A DNA stretch of 63,781 nucleotides, the filler included, from Octopus bimaculoides (taxonomy: Eukaryota), in the NCBI RefSeq assembly GCF_001194135.2. It is 7 parts of 6 records of this genome, joined end to end, with 100 filler letters (N's around TTAATTAATTAA, not from the genome) between each part and the next. Parts side by side here need not be neighbours in the genome. Positions count along the whole stretch, not along the records: positions 1 to 9,320 come from NC_068989.1; positions 9,421 to 14,357 come from NC_068997.1; 5 more parts are not named here. One strand, written 5' to 3'. Made by a program: the position numbers and the translations under genes. The stretch's first letter is position 1; every line of letters begins with the position of its first letter. Shown here piece after piece: positions 1 to 10,859 of the stretch. The notes under the pieces are model-generated. The model saw nothing but the letters and a program-made list of their open reading frames with translations. It was not told the DNA's origin and did not search any database.

Positions 1-50
1 TGGTGGTAGTGGTGGTGGTGGTGGTAGTGGTGGTGGTGGTGGTGGTGGTA
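1..50. repeat. (GGT)n/(AGT) microsatellite
   Basis: Direct reading: tggtggtagtggtggt... Confidence 0.9.
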
Positions 51-164
51 GATGATAAATCTTTCTTAACTTAGACTTGATGTCTTAGCAAAGAAAACTC
101 TTTATGTCTGGTTTACATCTGGAGGATGTCTGGACATTTTAACTTCTCCAGCAGAGACATACTG

Positions 165-247
165 CCCCGCCTCCTCCTCCACCTCCTCATCCATCTTCTT
201 CCTCTTCCTCCTCTTCATCATCATCATCATCTTATTCATCTTCGTCG

Positions 248-285
<38 letters not shown>

Positions 286-572
286 TTCTTCTTCTTCGTC
301 GTCGTCGTCGTCTTCTTCTTCTTCTTCGTCGTCGTCTTCTTCTTCTTTTTCTTCTTTTTCTTCTTCTTCTTTTTCTTTTTCTTCTTTTTTTTTCTTCTCC
401 TCCTCCTCCTTCATCATCGTCATCATCGTCGTCGTTGTCGTCGTCATCATCATCGTCATCATCATCATCATCATCATCTCTCTTCTCGTCCTGATCCCTT
501 TTACTACTTCTTCAAAATCATCCTCACCACCACCATCACCACCAACATCATCATCATCGTCATCATCTCTCA
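165..572. repeat. Compound trinucleotide microsatellite (CCT/CAT/CTT/CGT)
   Basis: Successive runs of CAT, CTT, CGT and CCT; explains the poly-H/S/D/E ORFs. Confidence 0.95.
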
Positions 573-769
573 TGTCACCTTGATATATACCAAATCACTT
601 CACCATCTCCCTCCCACCACCACTTACGTTCTTTCTCTCTCTCTCTTTCTCTCCACACATATACGCACACACTCCCACACCACACACTATATGCAAGATC
701 CTCAACAACAATCATCGCATACAGCACTCAGTAGTATTATTATTGTCATCATCCAACACCCAGCTCAGT

Positions 770-985
770 AGACGTGCTATTGCCATCTCTTACCGACCCT
801 CTCATTCTCCACCATACTGCTACTGTCTCTCCCACCACACCTAAGTCTCCTACCACACTGCTGCTATCATCTCTCACCACACCCCAGCTCCTGCCGCACT
901 GCTATTGTCATCTCCCACCACATCTTATCTCCCACCACACTGCTTCTGTCATCTCCCACCACACCTCGTCTGCCACTACCTCTAC
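770..985. repeat. Degenerate minisatellite with core TCTCCCACCACAC
   Basis: About 6-7 imperfect recurrences of tctc(c)caccacac separated by tgct(a/t)ctgtca-like linkers. Confidence 0.6.
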
Positions 986-1067
986 AACTCAGCCTGACAC
1001 TTGGTGCACCATCCTCGTAAATCTTTCCTGTATTGCATCTGTGTGACCTTCTCTTCATACATCACAC

Positions 1068-1103
<36 letters not shown>

Positions 1104-1289
1104 CACCCAAACACACACACGCATACAGAAATACAAAGTTACATATACACACATAGTTTAACTCTAAACATATCACAGGTGTGTGTGTGTGCGCGTATAT
1201 ATATATATACACAAACGCACATGCACATATACATAGGCATCAAACAAATATGACCATGTACACATCTTTCTCTCTGTCTATCTGTTTGC

Positions 1290-1510
<221 letters not shown>

Positions 1511-1599
1511 TCTCCCTCTCCCTTTCTTCCCCCATCTTTCTCTCTCTCTATGTATACATATATATGCATAATTATATCGTACTTCTAACAGTAATTTCT

Positions 1600-1660
1600 T
1601 TCAAGGCGCAGTGCTCCAGCAAGGCCGCAGTCAAATGACTGAAACAAATGAATGAGTAAA
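1600..1660 (+). mobile_element. SINE-1 3' tail fragment
   Basis: aaggcgcagtgctccagcaaggccgcagtcaaatgactgaaacaa matches the tail of the full copies at 57209-57611 and 59146-59491. Confidence 0.8.
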
Positions 1661-2319
1661 CGAGTGTGTGTGTGTATATATATATACATTTGTGTGAGCT
1701 TGAGTGTTTGTGTGTTTGTGTGTGTGTGTGTGTGTGTGCGTGTGCGTTTTCTATCCCACATGTTTACCCCTCCCACACGAACAATTGTTTTGCAATGTGC
1801 CTCACCTTGCTCGCTTTTGCTTTATCTCAATAATCTCACATTCTCACATACTAACTACATCGCGTCGTGTGTGTGTGTTTGCGTGTATGTGCAGGCGCGT
1901 GCATCTGTGTGTGTGTGTATGTATGTGTGCTTGTGTGTGTGTGTCTGTGTGTGTGTGTCTGTGTGTCTGTGTGTGTACAACGAACAAAATTTGTCCAGCA
2001 TTAAAGACGCAACTGCGTTCGAACTTTAAAAATTTATTAAAGAATTTCATATTTTCTTATTTGTCTTATATGTGTAGCTACATACACACATTAATAGATA
2101 CGTACATGTATGCATTGATGTGCGTGTGTATGTGTGTGTGTAAGGGTGCGGAACAGAGGTTAAAATTTACCGGCCCATATCTCAAACTTTACGTATCAGC
2201 TGGTCAAGGAACGAATCGTCAGACGGAAACTGACGTTCCAAAAAGAAATGTTGTGTAGAGAGATACTCGACATGGCCTCTGTGCAGTTTCTTACGCTATT
2301 ATGAATGAGCTGCGAAACA

Positions 2320-3120
2320 TGTGCTTGATCATCCAAATGCCAAAGTGCTATATCTTGACTTTGCAAAGGCCTTTCACAAGTGGATCATGGCACGATATAT
2401 CACAAGCTGCGAGATTTTGTGATTGCTGGTAAATTAGGAAAGTGGCTACACGGCTTCTTAAAAGATAGTAGTTATGCAGTTCCGAGGCCATTTCTATTTA
2501 TAGTAGCTCTCTTAAACATGACTATGGTCACTCAGATAGCCATTGTCACTAGCTGCGCCGATGAGAGAAATTTTTCACAAGTAATATAAAAAAAACATTG
2601 ACTATGTCGCAATCTTGCAGCGGGACCTAAATGTAATATACAAGTGAATTGAACTAAACAACATGCAGTTTAATGTTGGAAAGTATCAAGCACTACGCTG
2701 TTAGGTCATAAATGCATCACAGCCTGCATATACGAGACCCGAAGCATTGCAATCCCCGACTCGCAGACAGTGAGAGACTTGGGGATTACTATGTATAATG
2801 ATGCATCCTTTCATGTGCACATTACCAATATGGCAACAAAGAGTAGACAATTGGCCGGATGGATACTACTGTCCTTCAGAACAAGAGACTGAAATGTCAT
2901 GTTGACGCTACAGAAGACTTTTGGTCTCAATTGTCTGGACTACTGCTCTTATCTGAGGCCACCACATCGTGTCAAACTAACAGCAGAGCTGTTTATTCTC
3001 TGGAGTGAAGACATGAGAGACATATGGAAAACTCTAGAAGGGCTAGTGCCTAACTTTGGCATAAAGAGTTATACAAACACCCGTGTTGGACGCCATTGTG
3101 TAGTACCAAGATACCCAGTA
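2320..3120 (+). pseudogene. CR1-group LINE reverse transcriptase fragment, frameshifted and internally deleted
   Basis: Translates to VLYLDFAKAF..DHGTIYHKL, SCADE (YADD site), LQRDLNVIY, VRDLGITM, SRQLAGWIL, LDYCS and IWKTLEGLVPNFG, which are typical RT and post-RT motifs. Confidence 0.8.
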
Positions 3121-3390
3121 CATTAACTTTGCTCCAGCAGCGCCGCCTGCGCCGCCTGCGCCGCCTGCGCCGGCTCGGTCATGAACATCGCATGCCGGAC
3201 GGGAGGATTCCCAAAGATCTCCAGTATGGGGAATTGGCCACCGGCACTAGAACACGAGGACGGCCTCATCTTCGTTTCAAGGACGTCTGCAAGGGGGATA
3301 TGAAGTCAAAAGATCTGGACATCCCGAGATGAGAGGAGGACACGAATGATCACCTACGCTGGGGACAAATACTGCGAAAAGGGATGAAGT
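3121..3390 (+). pseudogene. RTE-clade LINE C-terminal fragment
   Basis: LLQQRRLR..LGHEHRMPDGRIPKDLQYGELATGTRTRGRPHLRFKDVCK matches the RTE C-terminal signature (RRLRWLGHV.RM..GRIPK.LLYGEL..G.R..GRP..RFKD). Confidence 0.85.
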
Positions 3391-4334
3391 GAAGTGTGTG
3401 TGTGGGGNNNNNNNNNNNNNNNNNNNNNNNNNNNNNNNNNNNNNNNNNNNNNNNNNNNNNNNNNNNNNNNNNNNNNNNNNNNNNNNNNNNNNNNNNNNNN
3501 NNNNNNNNNNNNNNNNNNNNNNNNNNNNNNNNNNNNNNNNNNNNNNNNNNNNNNNNNNNNNNNNNNNNNNNNNNNNNNNNNNNNNNNNNNNNNNNNNNNN
3601 NNNNNNNNNNNNNNNNNNNNNNNNNNNNNNNNNNNNNNNNNNNNNNNNNNNNNNNNNNNNNNNNNNNNNNNNNNNNNNNNNNNNNNNNNNNNNNNNNNNN
3701 NNNNNNNNNNNNNNNNNNNNNNNNNNNNNNNNNNNNNNNNNNNNNNNNNNNNNNNNNNNNNNNNNNNNNNNNNNNNNNNNNNNNNNNNNNNNNNNNNNNN
3801 NNNNNNNNNNNNNNNNNNNNNNNATGTACATATATGTATGGATATATGCATAAGTTTATATATTATCTATATTATTATATGATCGAACGCCGCGCATCCT
3901 TTCCCAAGTAAATTTTATCTTAATAATTACAATGCACACTCTGCTACTATTACTATCTTTTCCCTGTCTATCTCTCTCCCTCTCTTCTTCTTCATCCTTT
4001 CTGTTTTTCTCTCCCACCCTTTCCCTATTCTTCTCTCTCTCTCTCACTCTTCCTCCTTGACCCTCTCGTCGCTGACACGTGACGAAAGGGGATCTTTCTT
4101 TCTGCTCACGGCCTTCTTATAGAAAAGACGTATTTTTTTCTATCTCTTCTCTCATGCACGTCTATCTTAAGCGTTCATAATAATTTTTCTATTGTCTTGG
4201 CTTAACAGACCTCACTGTTTGTTCTCACTGTCCTGTTCTTACTGTTTTTACTGTCTTGTTCTCACTGTCCTGTTCTTGTTAACACTTTCACCCTCCGCAA
4301 AAAACCCCAAATTTTATTTAATTTGCTTTGCGGG

Positions 4335-4480
4335 AAGGACTGAAGAATAAGTGCTAAGCTTACAAAGAATAAATCGTGGGGTCGATTTGTTCGACTAAAG
4401 GCGATGCTCCAGCATGGCCGCAGTCAAATGATTGAAACAAGTAAAAGAAGTAAAATAAATAAAAAGAAATAAAAAGAAAT
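4335..4480 (+). mobile_element. SINE-1 3' half
   Basis: aagaataagtgctaagcttacaaagaataa...gtcgatttgttcgactaaaggcgatgctccagcatggccgcagtcaaatg plus A-rich tail. Confidence 0.85.
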
Positions 4481-5631
4481 ATTTCTGAAAGTTATGAGGA
4501 AACAAAGTGTGAGAGGGGGGAAGTGTCATATTTATGAAGATATACCGTAATCAACTGACCATTAATTGACCAGTGTAGAAATTAAAGGCATACAACGGTC
4601 AAAGGTTCCATCAAGTGACCATCCATCAGAAGTCGGCACTGTCCCTCCCTGATTCATAACCGAAAATGCAAGATGACAATTGACCACGCGATCATTTTCA
4701 CACACCTTCTACCGTCGTGCTCTGACTAATTAATTGCCTTGCTGCTGCTGCTGCTGCTGCTACTACTACTGCTGCTGCTACTGCTCTGGTGCTGGTGCTG
4801 CTGGTGCTGCTGCTGCTGTTGTTGGTGGCTGCTGCTGCATTTTTTCTATCATCAATAGTATGTGGGTGTATGTGTGTATATTTATCTGTCTGTGTATTTG
4901 TGTGTCCGTGTGCCTACANNNNNNNNNNNNNNNNNNNNNNNNNNNNNNNNNNNNNNNNNNNNNNNNNNNNNNNNNNNNNNNNNNNNNNNNNNNNNNNNNN
5001 NNNNNNNNNNNNNNNNNNNNNNNNNNNNNNNNNNNNNNNNNNNNNNNNNNNNNNNNNNNNNNNNNNNNNNNNNNNNNNNNNNNNNNNNNNNNNNNNNNNN
5101 NNNNNNNNNNNNNNNNNNNNNNNNNNNNNNNNNNNNNNNNNNNNNNNNNNNNNNNNNNNNNNNNNNNNNNNNNNNNNNNNNNNNNNNNNNNNNNNNNNNN
5201 NNNNNNNNNNNNNNNNNNNNNNNNNNNNNNNNNNNNNNNNNNNNNNNNNNNNNNNNNNNNNNNNNNNNNNNNNNNNNNNNNNNNNNNNNNNNNNNNNNNN
5301 NNNNNNNNNNNNNNNNNNNNNNNNNNNNNNNNNNNNNNNNNNNNNNNNNNNNNNNNNNNNNNNNNNNNNNNNNNNNNNNNNNNNNNNNNNNNNNNNNNNN
5401 NNNNNNNNNNNNNNNNNNNNNNNNNNNNNNNNNNNNNNNNNNNNNNNNNNNNNNNNNNNNNNNNNNNNNNNNNNNNNNNNNNNNNNNNNNNNNNNNNNNN
5501 NNNNNNNNNNNNNNNNNNNNNNNNNNNNNNNNNNNNNNNNNNNNNNNNNNNNNNNNNNNNNNNNNNNNNNNNNNNNNNNNNNNNNNNNNNNNNNNNNNNN
5601 NNNNNNNNNNNNNNNNNNNNNNNNNNNNNNN

Positions 5632-5664
5632 GTGGTTGTGGCAGTTGTAGTGGCGGTGGTTGTG

Positions 5665-5696
<32 letters not shown>

Positions 5697-5915
5697 GGTT
5701 GTGGTTGTGGTGGTCGTGGTGGTTGTGATTGAGGTAGTTGTGGTTATGGTGGTTGTAGTGGTGCTTGTGTTGGTGGTGGTGATGGTACAAGTAATGAAGC
5801 TGGTGGTGCTGATGATGGTGATAATGATAGTGGTGGTGTTGGTGTTGGCATAGGTAGTGATGGTAGTAACAGTGGGAATATTGGTGGTTCTGATGGTTTG
5901 GTGGTAGTAGTTACA
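5632..5915. repeat. (GGT/GTT/GAT)n low-complexity tract
   Basis: Direct reading; abuts the N gap at 4919-5631. Confidence 0.9.
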
Positions 5916-5922
5916 GTGAGAG

Positions 5923-6125
5923 TGGAGCACCGCCTTAAAAGGGTTTTTTGGTCGCAGAAATCGACCCTAGGAATTATTCTTTGTAAGCCTAGTACTTGTT
6001 TTATCAATCACTTTTGCCGAACAGCTAAGTCACGGGGACGTAAACACACCAGTATCGGTTGTTAAGCTATGGTGGGGAGACAAACATGGACACAAAGAGA
6101 GACACACATAAATATATATATATAT
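5923..6125 (-). mobile_element. SINE-1 3' half ending in its internal (TA)n tract
   Basis: tggagcaccgcc...ttctttgtaagcctagtac...gctaagtcacggggacgtaaacacacc is the reverse complement of the SINE-1 body. Confidence 0.85.
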
Positions 6126-6367
6126 NNNNNNNNNNGTGTCTGTGTATGTGTGTTTTTGTGTCTCTCTACGCTTATGCGCGCACGCATGTGTGTGTACGTA
6201 CATACATGTTTGAGTGTATCTGTAAGTGTGTCTGTGTGTCTGTCCGTGTTGTGGTAGGAGTGGGCTGCAGTAGGAGGTGGTCTTTTATTGTCAACCGTCT
6301 TCCTTACGACTGACTTAGTCACCAGTGAACTTACTGACATAGATTTTGTTGGCGGTGTCGGTGATGG

Positions 6368-6398
<31 letters not shown>

Positions 6399-7399
6399 AG
6401 TTGTGGCGGTGTTGTTGATGGTGGTGCTGGTGGTAGTGTTGTTGTTGGTGGTGGTAGTGGTGGTGATGTTGTTGCTGATGGTGGTTGTGTTGGTGATGTT
6501 GTTGGTGGTCGATGTGTGTANNNNNNNNNNNNNNNNNNNNNNNNNNNNNNNNNNNNNNNNNNNNNNNNNNNNNNNNNNNNNNNNNNNNNNNNNNNNNNNN
6601 NNNNNNNNNNNNNNNNNNNNNNNNNNNNNNNNNNNNNNNNNNNNNNNNNNNNNNNNNNNNNNNNNNNNNNNNNNNNNNNNNNNNNNNNNNNNNNNNNNNN
6701 NNNNNNNNNNNNNNNNNNNNNNNNNNNNNNNNNNNNNNNNNNNNNNNNNNNNNNNNNNNNNNNNNNNNNNNNNNNNNNNNNNNNNNNNNNNNNNNNNNNN
6801 NNNNNNNNNNNNNNNNNNNNNNNNNNNNNNNNNNNNNNNNNNNNNNNNNNNNNNNNNNNNNNNNNNNNNNNNNNNNNNNNNNNNNNNNNNNNNNNNNNNN
6901 NNNNNNNNNNNNNNNNNNNNNNNNNNNNNNNNNNNNNNNNNNNNNNNNNNNNNNNNNNNNNNNNNNNNNNNNNNNNNNNNNNNNNNNNNNNNNNNNNNNN
7001 NNNNNNNNNNNNNNNNNNNNNNNNNNNNNNNNNNNNNNNNNNNNNNNNNNNNNNNNNNNNNNNNNNNNNNNNNNNNNNNNNNNNNNNNNNNNNNNNNNNN
7101 NNNNNNNNNNNNNNNNNNNNNNNNNNNNNNNNNNNNNNNNNNNNNNNNNNNNNNNNNNNNNNNNNNNNNNNNNNNNNNNNNNNNNNNNNNNNNNNNNNNN
7201 NNNNNNNNNNNNNNNNNNNNNNNNNNNNNNNNNNNNNNNNNNNNNNNNNNNNNNNNNNNNNNNNNNNNNNNNNNNNNNNNNNNNNNNNNNNNNNNNNNNN
7301 NNNNNNNNNNNNNNNNNNNNNNNNNNNNNNNNNNNNNNNNNNNNNNNNNNNNNNNNNNNNNNNNNNNNNNNNNNNATATATATATATATATATATATAT

Positions 7400-7460
7400 A
7401 TAGGCGGTGCTCCAGCATGGCTGCAATCAAATGACTGAAACAAATAAGAGAATAGAAGAA
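7400..7460 (+). mobile_element. SINE-1 3' tail
   Basis: aggcggtgctccagcatggctgcaatcaaatgactgaaacaa. Confidence 0.8.
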
Positions 7461-8687
7461 TATATATATATGTATATGAGACTCGAACTCACATCCCTGT
7501 GATTACGCGTCATTTCTCTCGTGGTAATTACCACAGTCTAATTTGTTCTAATAGAGCATTCCAATTTAAGTGGGGACAAATATTAGCTCTCGGTATTAAT
7601 ACCGTCTCTGTCGCTAATATATATTTTCAAAAAATAGGCAGAGGTGACGAATGCATATATTATCTCTATAATCTATTGTTGCCTGGTAGCAATTAAACAA
7701 GTTGATAAGTTTGTCCTTTCATTTCTTGTTGAAGAGACATTTTCAACTGGCTTGAAATTCCATCTTCTGCCAATACCTTCTGCAAGCTCTTTAACGTAGC
7801 TGCGTCCAGAATCAAGCAAAGATCAGATCGGGTTTGGGATTGAGGTGAGGTGCTGACATCTGTAAAAGTATACGCAGCCTTCTACCATAAGGGCATGCTA
7901 GCATCTTATAGATCGTTAGTAGTGGTTATGAGTGACAACGTTCTCGAGCAGCCTTGGATGTCGAAGAAGATCAGCTAAGTATTTTACTCAGAGGAATTAT
8001 GGACAACTTCCAAGAGTCCCTAACCTGGATGCTATCGCAGATTGAGATAGGTATTTACTGGTTCAGGATAAATATATAAACGAGAAAATCTCATTATTTG
8101 GGCGGAGCAATAACAGTATTTCCCCCTCTTGTTTAATGAGCCAGCATTGTTGATCCGTGGCGCTTCCTCGAATGACTGTTTGCATGTTTAGTTAGGATGG
8201 TTCTAGCAAACAGCTCCTGCCTGATTAATTCTCTGGTAAAGATCGCACTCACGCCGATCTTTGGTAAAAAGAAGCAGGGGTTTTTCCTATGTCTGGATGC
8301 TGTGGTAAAAAAAAAAAAAAGAAAAATAGATCGCATGATTGTTGGAACGGTGTGTTGAGAGGGCAGTACGGCTTTTTCGTAAATTTAATGAAAAGCAAAA
8401 CAAGGACAAATTAGAAGGTCATTTGCTGAATTTCGTTGGCAGATGGCTGTCGAAAAAGAATAACGTCCAGGAACGCAAAGGCCTCGGCGTCTCCTCCTAT
8501 CTTATGAAAGACTGTATATACATTCGTGAATTAATCGTTCTATCTGTTTCGTCTTGTATAACGCTCACCACTCTTCCACCCGTGTATATTTTGTTTATTG
8601 TACCCGAACATGTTTCAACAATCACTGTTGTATATTGTGCATTTTATGTGGTGGCCCATGGTGGTCTATAACAAAACCATTGTCTGA

Positions 8688-8731
<44 letters not shown>

Positions 8732-8734
8732 TAG

Positions 8735-8932
8735 TAGCACGCCGGGTGAAATGCTACGTCTGCCGCTACGTTCTGAGTTCAAATTCCGCCGAGGTCGACT
8801 TTGCCTTTCATCCTTTCGGGGTCGATAAATTAAGTACCAGTTACGTACTGGGGTCGATGTAGTCGACTTAATCCCTTTGCCTGTCCTTGTTTGTCCCCTC
8901 TATGTTTAGCCCCTTGTGGGCAATAAAAAAAT
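8735..8932 (+). mobile_element. SINE-2, 5'-truncated
   Basis: tagcacgccgggtgaaatgc...gagttcaaattccgccgaggtcgac...ccccttgtgggcaataaa; near-identical to 32101-32323. Confidence 0.9.
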
Positions 8933-8964
<32 letters not shown>

Positions 8965-9287
8965 AACCTATATTGTGTATCCTCAATACCAGTGATTCAG
9001 GGTCATGTGGACCTCTTTTCGTTTTGCCAACCACACACTAATGTATGTATGTGATTGTTTGTGTGTGTGTGTGATGTGTGTGTGTATATGTGTGTGTGTA
9101 TGTGTGCCTGTGTCTGTGTGTAAGTGTGTGTGTGTGTGCATCTATTCTGTCGCTGTCAAATTCCTGGTCGGTCTCAATCAATCTGGACTATGTTATAATA
9201 TAATTAACGATGAACGGACACGAAGTGAAACGCAAACGTAACACACATGTAACATACACCCCCCACACACACGTATGCGTATATACA

Positions 9288-9320
<33 letters not shown>

Positions 9321-9420
9321 NNNNNNNNNNNNNNNNNNNNNNNNNNNNNNNNNNNNNNNNNNNNTTAATTAATTAANNNNNNNNNNNNNNNNNNNNNNNN
9401 NNNNNNNNNNNNNNNNNNNN
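9321..9420. other. Artificial 100-bp scaffold spacer (44 N + TTAATTAATTAA + 44 N)
   Basis: Identical geometry at six sites; the 12-mer puts stops in all six frames. Confidence 0.95.
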
Positions 9421-9609
9421 ACACACATAAATACACTCATACACACATCAGATACAGTGAAACACGAACGATCACACCCCGCCGCCATAATAGAAAATCA
9501 ATGGATCTGTTCGCCCCTGTTGTCGAAGTACATAAAACAACAGAGAAATCACTGCCAGGATGGCTTTGATGAGCGGACAGGCTACGAAACTTAGCCCCCG
9601 ACACACTTC

Positions 9610-9995
9610 TGTGGTCAACTTAGCAACCACAGGATTTTGCGATCGATCAGAGAGAGAGAGCGGTACCTTGAACAAGTGTTTTCTAGTGAACAAGTGTTTC
9701 TGGCCGACCAACGCATGGTGAATCTGACAGACGAAAACTGTGTCGAAGCCCTTCAAGGGTTGGGACCAGAAGCTCGCGCCTTCGCGTTTGTTATGTCTCT
9801 CACCCCTTGACAACCAATGACGGCATGTTTACGTTTATGTAACCTAGCAGTTCCGCCATGAGAGAACGATAAAATAAGTATCCAAACTTACAAAAATAAT
9901 TTTTGGTGTCAATATGATCGATTAAAGCCTTCAAGGCGATGCCCCAGCATGGTCGTAATCCAATGACAGAAACAAGTTAAAGAATAAAAAAGAGT
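9610..9995 (+). mobile_element. Old diverged SINE-1-related copy
   Basis: Degenerate gtgaatctgacagacgaaaactg, tgtttacgtttatgtaacctagcagttc and aaggcgatgccccagcatgg...gaaacaagt segments in SINE-1 order. Confidence 0.55.
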
Positions 9996-10009
9996 AACAT
10001 GAAGCACTA

Positions 10010-10130
10010 CTACAACACGCTAGCCGGGTCCATCATCACTAACTCTACCACAGAGGCTTAGCAGACAGTTCCTTAGCCAACCTAAAAGCACCGACCAATT
10101 ATCCTACGCAATATCATGTACCACAGCCAC
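10010..10130 (+). pseudogene. LINE endonuclease C-terminal remnant
   Basis: gcaccgaccaattatccta parallels 10959-10977, which lies in SDH(L)PI-like context. Confidence 0.35.
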
Positions 10131-10279
10131 TACCTCAAATACCTCTACCACCACTACCATCAACAAACTACAACCATTAGCACTGCCACTACTACACCTC
10201 ACACCACCAACACCATCACCGAACTGCCCTCTTCACCGCTACCACATCCACATTTGTTACATTAGGTCTGTTATGTTAT

Positions 10280-10606
10280 AAAGACCCCCTTCAGTCATGC
10301 ATGACCATTGGATTGCGCCTAGAAAGTTCTCCTACAAGGTGCAAGTCCGGGCAAGGTTGTTTATGGAAGACCAGCAGTCGCCCATGCATACCAGCCTCCC
10401 CTCATCACGCCACCGATGTTATCCAAAAGAAAGGCAACGACCGATACAGCTTGGCACCAGTGATATTGTAACTCATTTCTACAGCTGAGTGAACTGGAGC
10501 AACTTGTCTTGTTCAAGAACACAACACTTGGTCCGGCCCGAGAATCGAACTTAGTACCTCATGACTATGAGCCCGACGCTCTAACTACTGAGCTATGCGT
10601 CTTCAC
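10280..10606 (-). mobile_element. SINE-3, near full length, tRNA-derived head
   Basis: Reverse complement starts GTGAAGACGCATAGCTCAGTAGTTAG (A box)...GTTCGATTC (B box), followed by GTTGCTCCAGTTCACTCAGCTGTAG and the body. Confidence 0.85.
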
Positions 10607-10652
10607 TGTTAAGTTATACGACATAGCAATATCTACACCACCACCTCCACCT

Positions 10653-10850
10653 AAGGTGGTGAGATGGCAGAATTGCTTGTACGCCGAACAAAATGTTCAA
10701 CAACATTTCGTCCGTCTTTATGCTGAGGTCGACTTCGATTTTTATCTTTTCGACGTCGATAAAATAAGTAGCAGCCAAGTGCTGAAGTGGTTGTAATCGA
10801 TTTCTCCCTCCCCTCAAAAAGTACTGGCCTTGATTCAAAATTTCAAACCA
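10653..10850 (+). mobile_element. SINE-2, degraded
   Basis: ggtggtgagatggcagaa...gaggtcgact...gtcgataaaataagta. Confidence 0.7.
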
Positions 10851-10859
10851 TCACTAGTA

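Noticed and set aside
9365-9376. TTAATTAATTAA recurring six times (9365, 14402, 39596, 52937, 59090, 62349)
   Set aside because: Always centred in exactly 44 N + 12 + 44 N. It is a synthetic six-frame-stop scaffold spacer, not a biological motif.
10530-10606. tRNA-like sequences with A and B boxes (also 14100-14180, 22520-22586, 57540-57611, 59420-59491)
   Set aside because: Each continues into a SINE body and lacks a clean cloverleaf; these are SINE heads, not tRNA genes.
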